From: an uncultured cyanobacterium
Lineage (GTDB): Bacteria; Cyanobacteriota; Cyanobacteriia; Pseudanabaenales; Pseudanabaenaceae
NCBI GenBank assembly: GCA_963703315.1
Contig: OY969811.1
Location: 896,001 to 960,000, forward strand
Length of the DNA stretch: 64,000 nt
Reading direction: 5' to 3'
The notes beneath the pieces are model-generated. The model searched no databases, had not been told where the DNA came from, and worked only from the letters and a program-made list of their open reading frames with translations. This document shows, piece after piece, positions 1 to 9,434 of the stretch. Position numbers and translations under genes: made by a program. Within the stretch, counting starts at the first letter, position 1, and each line of letters starts with the position of its first letter.

Positions 1-67
1 GCGCTAGATTCAAAGTATTTGTATGTACCCATGTTCGAGTGGGAATACAGCCTATATTGAAAACTAT

Positions 68-616
68 CTAACCAATAGGCTTGATTAACTCAACTCCATC
101 GCGATCGTCTCCTGCTGCACTTAGAAATACTTTCACTTGCTCATCCTTAGACGTTGGCAAAGTCCGTCCCACATAATCGGGATGGATGGGTAACTCACGA
201 TGACCACGATCAACCAAGGCTAATAGTCTCACCACCTTGGGACGACCGTAATCATGGATTGCGCTTAATGCGGCTCCGATTGTACGCCCACTATAAATTA
301 CATCATCCACTAAGATTACAGTTTTAGCGTTAAGGTCAAAGGGAAGCTCCGTTTTACTTGGAGTTCGCAAACCAATGCGATCGAGATCATCGCGATAAAA
401 GGTAATATCTAATGCCCCTGATGGAACTACAACATTCTCAAGGGTATGAATCTGCTTAGCGATCGCCTTACTGAGTGGTACACCACGAGTATACACACCG
501 ATCAAAACAACATTAGACAAATCGTCATTAGCTTCGACAATTTGTGAAGCTAGACGATTGATCGTGCGACGTAATTCGTCAGGAGTTAAAATTTCGACAA
601 TCTTGGACTGTAGCAC
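68..616 (-). CDS. pyrR: Bifunctional pyrimidine regulatory protein / uracil phosphoribosyltransferase PyrR
   Basis: [23 protein letters not shown] loop and [15 protein letters not shown] motifs. Confidence 0.95.
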   Translation of the reverse strand: MLQSKIVEILTPDELRRTINRLASQIVEANDDLSNVVLIGVYTRGVPLSKAIAKQIHTLENVVVPSGALDITFYRDDLDRIGLRTPSKTELPFDLNAKTVILVDDVIYSGRTIGAALSAIHDYGRPKVVRLLALVDRGHRELPIHPDYVGRTLPTSKDEQVKVFLSAAGDDRDGVELIKPIG

Positions 617-644
617 TACTTAGTTTGATTGAGTTAGCTTGAAT

Positions 645-701
645 GTAAGATATAAAACCTGTGGCGCACGCGCAGCGTGCGCCACAGGTTTTATATCTTA
701 C
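645..701. repeat. Family A palindrome core (27-bp perfect arms, GCA loop)
   Basis: GTAAGATATAAAACCTGTGGCGCACGC-GCA-GCGTGCGCCACAGGTTTTATATCTTAC; the same core recurs at 12731, 21271 and 51680. Confidence 0.9.
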
Positions 702-787
702 TTAGATTAATATAGCGCCTTCCAACTATTTCCATAAAACAAAAGGGACGCATTGCGCCCCTTTTATTTTATGAATTGGATAAATTC

Positions 788-1117
788 TTAGCTATCTAAA
801 TGCTTTTCGATAGTGGTAGATAGTGTTGCCTTAGGGACAGCACCGACAACCACATCCACCCGTTGACCACCCTTAAATAACATGAGCGTGGGAATACTGC
901 GAATGCCATATTGTCCAGCTACAGCAGGATTCTCATCGGTATTGAGTTTGAAAACCTTGATTTTGCCCTCATATTGTGTGGCGACTTCTTCCACTACGGG
1001 AGCAACCATACGACAGGGACCACACCAAGGGGCCCAAAAATCTACTAGAACAGGGATGTCACTTTTAAGTACGTCCTGCTCAAAGCTAGCATCTGTGACG
1101 GCGATCGCTGATGACAT
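788..1117 (-). CDS. trxA: Thioredoxin (m-type)
   Basis: WAPWCGPC active site, 109 aa. Confidence 0.97.
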   Translation of the reverse strand: MSSAIAVTDASFEQDVLKSDIPVLVDFWAPWCGPCRMVAPVVEEVATQYEGKIKVFKLNTDENPAVAGQYGIRSIPTLMLFKGGQRVDVVVGAVPKATLSTTIEKHLDS

Positions 1118-1244
1118 GCTTTGCTAACTCCCTAAATACTAAAAACTTTAACTTTCAAAAATTATGTGTAGGTAGTATAACAGCTAGAATTGCACATTTG
1201 CTAAAAACCAGAATTGTTAAGCAGAATAATCAATAGTCTTCATG

Positions 1245-1297
1245 TTTTACCTATAAAGTGTGGCGCGGCTCCGCCGCGCCACACTTTATAGGTAAAA
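1245..1297. repeat. Long palindrome (TCC/GGA triloop)
   Basis: TTTTACCTATAAAGTGTGGCGCGGC-TCC-GCCGCGCCACACTTTATAGGTAAAA. Confidence 0.85.
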
Positions 1298-1301
1298 ATA
1301 A

Positions 1302-1574
1302 TAAACCTTCTTATACTGCTGATACTCATAAGCTCAGTCACTAAGGGACTTGCTAGAAAATAAGATACCAATCCAGATTTTCCAGAATAAGTAGGGCGGC
1401 TTCGCCGCCCTACTTATTCTGGTTTTATATTGGTACTTTATTAAATCGCAAGCCCCTAACCAATTTTTGCCTACCATAGGCAAAAAAGTAAGAAACTAAA
1501 CCTTCTTATATTGCTAATACTTATAAGCTCAGGCACTAACCATTTTTGCCTACCATAGGCAAAAAATAAGAAAC
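1302..1574. repeat. Two tandem ~79-bp units downstream of Yfr1; the first is interrupted by a 112-bp insertion
   Basis: TAAACCTTCTTATAyTGCTrATACTyATAAGCTCAG...CACTAACCA...TTTTTGCCTACCATAGGCAAAAAA...TAAGAAAC at 1302-1496 and 1497-1574. Confidence 0.85.
1345..1456. mobile_element. 112-bp miniature inverted-repeat element with central GAA/TTC hairpin and TAA target duplication
   Basis: Ends GGGACTTGC...GCAAGCCCC; TAA at 1342-1344 and 1457-1459; the neighbouring repeat unit shows the empty site CACTAACCA. Confidence 0.8.
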
Positions 1575-1645
1575 CGCCTTTGCTGCTCATAAGCTCAGGC
1601 GGAATGTGGTGTGAGGAGTGAACGGAAACTTGCGTCTCCGCTTAC
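1568..1645 (-). ncRNA. yfr1: Yfr1 small RNA
   Basis: Motif ACTCCTCACAC (1619-1609) lies between a 5' stem-loop (GCGGAGAC-GCAA-GTTTCCGT) and a CCGCCT...AGGCGG-TTTCTT terminator; upstream of trxA as in other cyanobacteria; TACAAT -10 at 1657-1652. Ends approximate. Confidence 0.85.
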
Positions 1646-1672
1646 ATATATATTGTAGTCTAATTCTCTAAT

Positions 1673-3103
1673 ATGAATACGATCGCCCAATTTTTCCGAG
1701 TTTTTCAAAGTCGCAAAATGGCGGCGCTGTTATCACTAGGCTTTGCATCAGGTTTACCCTACGCACTTACCGATGATGCTTTTCGTGCATGGCTTACCAG
1801 TGCTAAGTTTGACCTTAGTACAATCGGTTGGTTAGGTTTAGTTTCACTACCCTATTCTCTCAAATTTTTGTGGTCGCCATTTATTGATCGCTTTGTGCCA
1901 CCATTTTTAGGACGGCGCAGAGGTTGGATTTTACTGACACAGGGGGGATTAATAATTGCAATATTATCGATCGCGTTACAAATGTTTACGATTGACCAGC
2001 TTGACTTGTCTAGTCGTAACGGAGCTTTACCAATGTTGGCGATCGCGGCTTTGATACTTGCCTTTCTTAGTGCCACTCAAGATATCGCGATCGATGCTTA
2101 TCGGACTGATGTTCTAGAAGCACAGGAGGTAGGAGCAGGGATTGGCATTTGGGTAATGGGCTATCGGATTGCCCTACTATTTGCAGGATTTGTGGGATTT
2201 AATTTAGCAACTCGATTAAGTTGGAAATCTCCCCTTTCACAGTTTCTATTTGATAACGGATTTACTAATTTAAGCCTCAGCAAATTTGGTTGGGCATGGG
2301 TATATGTGCTTTTAGCGATCGTGATGAGCTTTGGACTGATTGCCACGATCGCAGCCCCCGAACCACCAGAAGCTAATGCTCGTCCAGCCACCTTAGACGA
2401 GGCTGTAGTTAAACCTTTTCAAGAATTTTTTCAACGCTTAGGAATAACCAAAGTATTGCTCATCCTCGTATTCACGATCTTCTATCGGTTTAGTGATGCG
2501 ATGGTGGGGAAAATGGCGGTTCCTTTCTTGAAAACTCTATTTGATGATGGCACGATTGGCACAGTAAGACAGGGAATAGGTCTGGTTGCCACAATTGTCG
2601 GGACTTTGGCTGGGGGGGCAATCCTGAGCAAAATTGGCGTGAATCGATCGCTTTGGGTTTTCGGATTTCTCCAAGCGATTAGTAATATTGGCTATTATGC
2701 GATTTCTGTTGTTGGCAAGAATGATTTAGTTTTACTTGCGGCAATTAATGTAGAGAATTTTTGTAGTGGGCTAGGAACCGCAGGATTTCTAGGTTTCTTA
2801 ATGGTGCTATGCAATCCTAGCTTTTCGGCAACACAGTTTGCGCTGCTCTCAAGTCTATTTGCGGTTGGGCGCGATCTAATTGCTTCGCCATTTTCAGGGG
2901 AGTCAGCCCAATTCATTCAGCGCAATATCCCCTCTTGGACAGCGATTAACCAAATTCCTTTACTAGCTGGCAGTGATGGCAAAGGTTGGGCATTATTTTT
3001 CTTATTTACGTTGATATTAGCTCTCCCTGGAATGATGTTTTTGCCATTTTTCGCACCTTGGAATGGAGAGTTTAAAAAAGTAGATTCTTTACCAATTGAT
3101 TGA
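1673..3103 (+). CDS. ampG: AmpG-family muropeptide MFS transporter
   Basis: LGFASGLP, KFLWSPFIDR, SATQDIAIDAY and SATQFALLSS motifs; multiple TM helices. Confidence 0.92.
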   Translation: MNTIAQFFRVFQSRKMAALLSLGFASGLPYALTDDAFRAWLTSAKFDLSTIGWLGLVSLPYSLKFLWSPFIDRFVPPFLGRRRGWILLTQGGLIIAILSIALQMFTIDQLDLSSRNGALPMLAIAALILAFLSATQDIAIDAYRTDVLEAQEVGAGIGIWVMGYRIALLFAGFVGFNLATRLSWKSPLSQFLFDNGFTNLSLSKFGWAWVYVLLAIVMSFGLIATIAAPEPPEANARPATLDEAVVKPFQEFFQRLGITKVLLILVFTIFYRFSDAMVGKMAVPFLKTLFDDGTIGTVRQGIGLVATIVGTLAGGAILSKIGVNRSLWVFGFLQAISNIGYYAISVVGKNDLVLLAAINVENFCSGLGTAGFLGFLMVLCNPSFSATQFALLSSLFAVGRDLIASPFSGESAQFIQRNIPSWTAINQIPLLAGSDGKGWALFFLFTLILALPGMMFLPFFAPWNGEFKKVDSLPID

Positions 3104-3361
3104 AATTATTGCTTCGCAATGACCCTAAACAAACAAAAGCGGCGCTTTTGTTTGTTGGGGTTTATTTTCTCTACAAGAGATTTTGGTTTGAGCGCAAAGA
3201 AATTAAATAGAGATTGTGATAAACACGATCTCTATTTAATTTCACCCGATCGCGTGAGGTAAGACGATATCAAATTCCAGTAATCTACATAGCAATGAAG
3301 CCTTAAACTGACTGCACCCAGCGCACAAGCGCTGGGTTTTTATTTGCCAAAAATTCCTATA

Positions 3362-3392
3362 AAAAAAGAGGACGCTTTGCGTCCTCTTTTTT
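3362..3392. terminator. Bidirectional terminator-like hairpin
   Basis: A-run GAGGACGC-TTT-GCGTCCTC T-run between convergent genes. Confidence 0.6.
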
Positions 3393-4171
3393 TAACCCCA
3401 AATTGCTACGCTGAAAAAGAGTAAATCTACAAAAATCGTACCTAACACTGCGCCTCCAAATGCCCAGTAGCCTAAATCAGGCGATCGCATGGCTCTATTT
3501 CCCGTAATCAAGAGCAACGCTGCCAAAATACAAGCCCAAGTCATGCCCCAAGGTGTTTCTACCAAAGTTAACGCATTTTTTAAGATGGGTTGGGCGAGAC
3601 TGATATTTGCTTCTACTTGCATCAAATCCTTCCAATGCGGAAAAAGATGCGCGATGTAGAAATAGAGGTCAGTAATAGTTGTCCCGAATAGTGAACCAAT
3701 ATAGAACCAACCACCAACTCGGTGGGAGTCTTGACGAGTTGCCCAGATTGCCCAAGGTAAAGCTAAAGCTTCGACAGGAACGTGATAGGCAGGCTCCCAA
3801 CGCAGCCATCCCCAATAAAGAGAACCACATAGCCAAGTCAGACTAAATCCCCAAATGAGACTACCCCATAGCTTTGATTTGGTGTCTTCTTGGAGATGCT
3901 TGGCGATCGCTAACCAGCCAACAGTACAAATCAAGCTCAACCAAGGTGCATAGCGCACAAGTGGCGCTTCAAAAAATACGGGAACAGATACTAAAAAGAG
4001 TGATGCAAACCAGACGCGCCAATGTTGTAACAGTGAGGCGGCGGATAGCAAATATTGTGATAAGTATTGCGGAAACGCTGACGTGACATTAACAGTAGGA
4101 GGTAGAACCTGAACTGTTGCCCGTGCTAAGGTGCGCTCCTCTAGTTCAACCTTGTCAGGAGATAAAAACAA
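3392..4171 (-). CDS. DUF3120-family membrane protein
   Basis: FLVSVPVFFEAPLVR and WGWLRWEP motifs of this cyanobacterial family; start uncertain. Confidence 0.8.
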   Translation of the reverse strand: MFLSPDKVELEERTLARATVQVLPPTVNVTSAFPQYLSQYLLSAASLLQHWRVWFASLFLVSVPVFFEAPLVRYAPWLSLICTVGWLAIAKHLQEDTKSKLWGSLIWGFSLTWLCGSLYWGWLRWEPAYHVPVEALALPWAIWATRQDSHRVGGWFYIGSLFGTTITDLYFYIAHLFPHWKDLMQVEANISLAQPILKNALTLVETPWGMTWACILAALLLITGNRAMRSPDLGYWAFGGAVLGTIFVDLLFFSVAIWG

Positions 4172-4245
4172 AGTATGTTAAAAAGTTATATTAATTTTTA
4201 TTACTTAACATATTAACAGGATTTGGGAATAGGCTAAGCCAGACT

Positions 4246-4500
4246 CTAGCTTTTTTTAAGGTTATCGCTTACCCATTGCCGAAATTCTTTGAGTGTTTGG
4301 AGATCGCCTGTATCTTCCAGCGATCGCTCAAAGGTTTGCCAACTGATATTTGCTAACCAAATCCTTTGCTCAGCAAAAGGTCACACTCGATCGCCATGAT
4401 CGGGTAAAGCCATGAACTCTTTGTCAGTCCAAATTTTGGCTTTAGATTTAGCTTGTTCTGCGGCGATCGTCATGCCTTTAATTTCTTTTGCTGTCGCCAT
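4246..4500 (-). pseudogene. Remnants of two Uma2-family endonuclease genes
   Basis: Manual translation gives MATAKEIKGMTIAAEQAKSKAKIWTDKEFMALPDHGDRV* then, in frame, PFAEQRIWLANISWQTFERSLEDTGDLQTLKEFRQWVSDNLKKS*; these resemble Uma2 N- and C-termini without the nuclease core. Confidence 0.65.
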
Positions 4501-4506
4501 TATGCA

Positions 4507-4833
4507 TTATTCAAAATCTACAAGATTAAAAGTAATTGAAGATTGGGCGCTATGACGTACATAGATAATGTGTACAGTGTCTTCTCTAATAGCAAAAATA
4601 ACTCGATATTTATTTCTTGATTTGCCGTAAAGAATTTGTCTAATTTCTTCAGATGTAGAATGATTTTCTTTAACTAAGGGGCATCGTCTGGGTTTGTCTT
4701 GTAACGTGGCGATCAAGTTCATTAACCCTCTGAACCATTGATCTGCATATTCAGGATTACGATCCTTTAGCCATAGATAAATCGCCTCTATTTGTTGTTC
4801 TGAGGAACGAGTTAACCTAACTTGAAATTCCAT
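4507..4833 (-). CDS. Type II TA toxin, RelE/ParE family
   Basis: ~108 aa, EEIRQILYGK..YRVIFAIREDTVHIIYVRHSA; overlaps the end of the antitoxin gene; start set at the ATG of MEFQV. Confidence 0.88.
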   Translation of the reverse strand: MEFQVRLTRSSEQQIEAIYLWLKDRNPEYADQWFRGLMNLIATLQDKPRRCPLVKENHSTSEEIRQILYGKSRNKYRVIFAIREDTVHIIYVRHSAQSSITFNLVDFE

Positions 4834-5107
4834 GTTTTTTTTGCATTTCTTCGACAAATTGATTCAAAGGTTTAGTTTGACCCTGTGCCAAGTCTTCTAA
4901 TCCTTTTTTAATTCCAATGATGGTTTCTAGTTCTTCAATTGTGTTGAGCAACTGTTGATAGGAGGCTGCGTCTTGGACGACTAATTCTGCTTTGCCATTG
5001 ATGGTTAATACTATGGGATGTCCAGTATTTCTCATCTGTGTGATGAGTTCACTGGTATTACGCTTGAAGTTGGATAGGGGTTGAATGTCTTGGCTGAGAT
5101 TAATCAT
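4817..5107 (-). CDS. Type II TA antitoxin, Phd/YefM family
   Basis: DIQPLSNFKRN..PIVLTINGKAELVVQDAASYQ; directly upstream of the toxin. Confidence 0.9.
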   Translation of the reverse strand: MINLSQDIQPLSNFKRNTSELITQMRNTGHPIVLTINGKAELVVQDAASYQQLLNTIEELETIIGIKKGLEDLAQGQTKPLNQFVEEMQKKHGISS

Positions 5108-5435
5108 AGGGCTGCTGCACTAAATTTGCATTTAATTTCATGCTACCACGAAATAATAAAGTTGCCCTTCAAGTGGAATCTGTGATCGTGTAGTGCGATC
5201 ACACTTGGTCATTTTCGGTAATTTGCAAAAGGGTTAAGGATTCTCTTGTTTTGCAGAATATATGCCATACAGAATGATTAAGCTGAATTTTTCTGTTTAA
5301 TTTAAGTATTAATGTAATGTATAACTAATGTATGAAACTTTAAAAAAATTAGTCTTATAAAGTTTTAGTTGAAACTCCCAAGCTAAGCACTTCTTCTTGA
5401 TAACTATTAGTTTTACTCTTAGAGACTCTGAATTT

Positions 5436-6248
5436 ATGTCTTCAGTTATTTACCATGATGGACTTACAAAAATTCGCTATTTATTTATTGATGGTGGTTC
5501 CTTAGATTCTGTATTAGCAACATTTTCAAAAGAGCTACTTTCAGATCAGGAAATTGAAATAGATTATTTTCGCTTAGCACAAGGGTATCAAAAGGTTTTC
5601 TATTATGATTGTTTGCCTGCCCAAAAAAATGATGAAAATGATTCAGACTACCAGATTAGAATTAAGCCCAAGATTGACCTTTTCAATAAATTAAAATCAC
5701 TTGATAGATTCCATGTTTATGAAGGTACAGCAAGATTTCGAGATAAACGTAGAGGGCAAGAGCAAAAACAAGTCGATACTATGATTGCTGTAGATATGCT
5801 TACTCATTCTTTTCGGAAAAATATGCATGAAGCTACTCTTATTACAGGGGATCTAGATTTTAAACCTCTCATTGATGCTTTAGTTCAGGATGGCATGTAT
5901 GTTTCACTTTGGTATCCAAAAGGTAGAGTAAATTATGAGCTAGTTGATGCTGCTGACTCAAAACTACCTCTCAGATTCAGTATTGTTCAACAGTGGTTTA
6001 CTAATAGATTTAATTCAAAGATAAATATTCCTGATATTACTCAGCCTCAATTTCCTGATATAGATAACGCCTGGAAACTGATTGGCACAATAGAAAAGAA
6101 TTACAAAGCATTTTTGTATGAAAAACAGAGTAATTTTGCTGCCATAGTTAAGAATAAAGATGGTGAAGATTTCTTGCTTAAGCATAACAACTTGAATCAG
6201 TTAAAGTTTTATGTGGATCATGTTTATGGATTGGATGTCTTACGATAG
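5436..6248 (+). CDS. NYN (PIN-like) domain protein
   Basis: YLFIDGG, QKQVDTMIAVDML and LITGDLDFKPLI acidic motifs; AT-rich with no HIP1 site; ATG at 5436 chosen as start. Confidence 0.85.
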   Translation: MSSVIYHDGLTKIRYLFIDGGSLDSVLATFSKELLSDQEIEIDYFRLAQGYQKVFYYDCLPAQKNDENDSDYQIRIKPKIDLFNKLKSLDRFHVYEGTARFRDKRRGQEQKQVDTMIAVDMLTHSFRKNMHEATLITGDLDFKPLIDALVQDGMYVSLWYPKGRVNYELVDAADSKLPLRFSIVQQWFTNRFNSKINIPDITQPQFPDIDNAWKLIGTIEKNYKAFLYEKQSNFAAIVKNKDGEDFLLKHNNLNQLKFYVDHVYGLDVLR

Positions 6249-6276
6249 TACGATCACTAATCTTACATATGTACTT

Positions 6277-6329
6277 ACAAATCAAAGGGATGTCGTGGCA
6301 TCAAGTGCCACGACATCCCTTTGATTTGT
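6277..6329. repeat. Long palindrome (24-bp arms) between convergent genes
   Basis: ACAAATCAAAGGGATGTCGTGGCA-TCAAG-TGCCACGACATCCCTTTGATTTGT. Confidence 0.8.
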
Positions 6330-6359
6330 TTTGAATTTTTTAATAAATAGCCAGAAATA

Positions 6360-7685
6360 TTACAGAGTCAAAGATTGAGGATTGGTTTCAATCAGTTTCG
6401 CTAAATCCTTGAGGAACTGAGCAGCATGAGCGCCATAAATCACACGATGATCGGCAGTGAGATTGACTTGCATTTGGCTGCTGACCTTGATTGCGCCATC
6501 CTTAGTTGCCACAACTTGAGGACTAGAACCACCGATCGCCAAAATTGCACCAGTTCCGGGGGGCAAAATCGCATCGAAGCGATCGACACCAAACATTCCC
6601 AAGTTAGAAATGGTAAATGTACCAGAGTTATATTCATCGGGCTGCAATTGTTTTGCACGGGCGCGTTCGACTAAACCTTTCCAATCACGAGAAAGCGTAT
6701 ATAGGTCAGTTTGATCAGCATTTTTCAATACGGGTGTGATCAAACCGCCGTCATCCATTGCTACAGCTACAGCAATATTAATATTGCTCTTGTACTCAAT
6801 GCCGCGATCGCTGAGGCTAGCATTAACCAGAGGATGCTTGTGCAAGGTGACAGCCACAGCCTTAGCCAAAAGTGCGGTCATAGTTACGCCTTTGGACTTA
6901 ACTTGCTTATATAGAGCATCCAGCGCATCGGTGGTAATCGTGTAACCCACACGGAATGTTGGCACGGAGAGGCTTTGGTTCATGTTGTTGATCACCGCCT
7001 TCTGCAAGGTAGTCAGTGATTGCACTGTACCTAATGCTGGTGTAGGGGTTGATGCTTTTGCAGCAGGGGCGGCAGTAACCGATGGCACAGGAGTTGCAAC
7101 AGGAGCAGAGTTTGTTGCAGGAGTTGTTGCAGGAGTTGCCGCAGGCTGGAGAAATGCTTCGACATCGGCGGCAGTAATTCGTCCATTAGGACCAGTACCT
7201 GCGATTTTGGTGAGGTCAACGCCATTATCCTTAGCGATGCGTTTGGCTCTAGGAGATACAATTTGCCGACCTGAAGATTCTGTAGGTGCAGATTTACGAG
7301 GTGATGACACAACCACATCAGGAATCGCCGCTACGGAGGCAGCAGTTGGTGCAGAAACTAATTTGGCGGGAGGATCTTCGGACTTTTGAGGTGCAGGAGC
7401 CGTAGATTGTCCAGCCGCTTTTTGTTTAGCTTCAGCAATTTCTTCTTTTGTTTCAGCAACGTAGGCGATCGCCGAACCAACGGGGGCAGATTCGCCTTCA
7501 GGCGTAATAATTACACCGAGATAACCTTCGTAGAAACTTTCGACATCCATATCGGCTTTGTCAGACTCTACGATCACGACAGTTTCGCCTTTTTCCACTT
7601 TGTCTCCGGGGGATTTCACCCAAGAGGTGATTTTGCCTTCGGTCATGGTGGAGCTAAGCGCGGGCATGAAAATTTCGTAAATCAT
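6360..7685 (-). CDS. pdhC: Pyruvate dehydrogenase E2 dihydrolipoamide acetyltransferase
   Basis: Lipoyl motif VESDKADMDVE, E3-binding domain, DHRVIYGA catalytic motif. Confidence 0.96.
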   Translation of the reverse strand: MIYEIFMPALSSTMTEGKITSWVKSPGDKVEKGETVVIVESDKADMDVESFYEGYLGVIITPEGESAPVGSAIAYVAETKEEIAEAKQKAAGQSTAPAPQKSEDPPAKLVSAPTAASVAAIPDVVVSSPRKSAPTESSGRQIVSPRAKRIAKDNGVDLTKIAGTGPNGRITAADVEAFLQPAATPATTPATNSAPVATPVPSVTAAPAAKASTPTPALGTVQSLTTLQKAVINNMNQSLSVPTFRVGYTITTDALDALYKQVKSKGVTMTALLAKAVAVTLHKHPLVNASLSDRGIEYKSNINIAVAVAMDDGGLITPVLKNADQTDLYTLSRDWKGLVERARAKQLQPDEYNSGTFTISNLGMFGVDRFDAILPPGTGAILAIGGSSPQVVATKDGAIKVSSQMQVNLTADHRVIYGAHAAQFLKDLAKLIETNPQSLTL

Positions 7686-7798
7686 AGGGAATTTATCAAG
7701 GTCTGTATAAAATCTGTTTTACAGCGAACAAAGTCAATGGCTGAAGTCGAAACGCCATCATAAATCTTAACGTGTTTTGGCTACCGATCGCGATCGCT

Positions 7799-9313
7799 TT
7801 ACTCATTCATTTCTCGATAAATTGTGGCAGTTGCAGGTGAAGCTTGGGTCAGGTATTGGAAAATCCAGAATTTAAACAATCCATCTAAAAACACGGGTAC
7901 AACGGCAATAAACGACTGAGCCAAAATTTTATTCTCAGGCAGACCGAAATGTTCAAATACCACAGTTAATAGTGCATCCCATCCTTCGCTAGAGTGGAAC
8001 CCCACAAACGTATCCGTTGAGATAATAATTAAAAAAGCTTTAGCATTGTCATTCAGACTATAGAGAACTTCATCAAGAAATTCTTTGATTGTTTTTAGTT
8101 CTTTGCGACCTGAGAGTAGAAAAAGATAAAAGACAAAAGCGGCAGTGATGTCAGCTAGTAAGTTTTTAACTCCATCAAGACTTTCTTCATTATATTTTTT
8201 TAAAATCTTCAATGATTCTTGTTGAATTAAAGCTTCAACTTCTTCTGATTCTGAAGATTTTTTTTCAGGGTTTTCATTTGTTGCTTCTTCAGGTTTAGCA
8301 GATTCAGGTTTAGCAGATTCAAGTTTAGCCTTTGATTGTTCCAGCATTATTGACTTGATCATCTGGTTAAATTCAATCCGCTCTTTAGCTGATTGCAAAG
8401 CTTTAAAAGCTTTTTCTTCGATCGCAGGACTAAACTTGATAGCCATATTATTAGCATCGGTAAAGCTATTAATCATGGGGCTAAATACAACTGCTTTTGA
8501 CAAAAACTGTACCGCAATTACAGTAATCACCAGAATAATGATGTATCTCAAAGCTTGATTAATTCGCTCTCGCGATTGCCTTAATTCCTCAACAATCCCC
8601 TTTTCATAATCAGAATAAGAACCACTAAGATTCCGTTTGACCCGATCAAAGGCTTTAAAAAACGACCCCGGTAAAATACTTTTCTCAATGGGTGTTACCT
8701 GTTGAGGAGGTCTTTTATAGTTTTTGGGCTTACCATTGCCAAACATTTGGAACTTCTCATCTTCCTCTGATTCTCTTTCCACTGATGAGCTTTGGTTATC
8801 GTTGGTGTAGTTTTTGCTAGATGCAACAGCTACATCAATGGTGCGATCTCTTGATTCTTGATAGCGGTTGAGGGTGTAATCAATAAATGCAAGTTTTTGA
8901 TAAATAGAGAATCTACGGCTGTTACCACTGAGTTGATTAGCCGATAGTTGTCCACTTCCTACAGGATCATTGACCTGATTGTTAGCTGTATATTTAGCGA
9001 TCGCTGTATTTGCAGAGTTAGTTTCACTTTGAGTTTGCAGATAGGGGAGCGAGGCACTGACTTTATAAAAATTTAAGCGAACATTAATCGTTCTAAGATA
9101 TTTTTGGAGTTGAATCTCAAATACACTAAACACACTGCGGCTAAAGCTGCCATCATTGAAGATTTTATTGCCATTAAAGTTTTCTTCTTCAATTTGCTTG
9201 ATACTAACAGCCGCTTCAAAAGCCTCATTGATAGATCTTTCGGGAGTATTCTTGACCCAAGAGAAAATATTTTGCAAAGGTGAGTCGTTGTTGTCAGAAG
9301 AGTTAGATTTCAT
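7799..9313 (-). CDS. pxcA: Proton extrusion protein PxcA (CemA family)
   Basis: TDTFVGFHSSEGW and FKFWIFQYL..SP...IYREMNE C-terminal CemA motifs. Confidence 0.9.
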   Translation of the reverse strand: MKSNSSDNNDSPLQNIFSWVKNTPERSINEAFEAAVSIKQIEEENFNGNKIFNDGSFSRSVFSVFEIQLQKYLRTINVRLNFYKVSASLPYLQTQSETNSANTAIAKYTANNQVNDPVGSGQLSANQLSGNSRRFSIYQKLAFIDYTLNRYQESRDRTIDVAVASSKNYTNDNQSSSVERESEEDEKFQMFGNGKPKNYKRPPQQVTPIEKSILPGSFFKAFDRVKRNLSGSYSDYEKGIVEELRQSRERINQALRYIIILVITVIAVQFLSKAVVFSPMINSFTDANNMAIKFSPAIEEKAFKALQSAKERIEFNQMIKSIMLEQSKAKLESAKPESAKPEEATNENPEKKSSESEEVEALIQQESLKILKKYNEESLDGVKNLLADITAAFVFYLFLLSGRKELKTIKEFLDEVLYSLNDNAKAFLIIISTDTFVGFHSSEGWDALLTVVFEHFGLPENKILAQSFIAVVPVFLDGLFKFWIFQYLTQASPATATIYREMNE

Positions 9314-9434
9314 AGTGGGGCGATCGCGTCAAGACGCTAGTGTTTAGCAAAATGAGCAGAAGGACTGATTAGTCACTGTTTAATTTAAGAGATCACAGCT
9401 ACCCAAAAAGTAAGTAGCGACGCTACTTGCTTAA

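Noticed and set aside
1302..1602. Possible CRISPR mini-array
   Set aside because: Whole ~79-bp units are duplicated with no unique spacers, and there are no cas genes in the window.
1599..1609. GCGGAATGTGG match to the MITE TIR inside Yfr1
   Set aside because: Only 11 bp, with no partner TIR or target duplication; probably coincidental.
6982..7763. Antisense ORFs over pdhC and other genes
   Set aside because: Shadow frames of well-supported genes.
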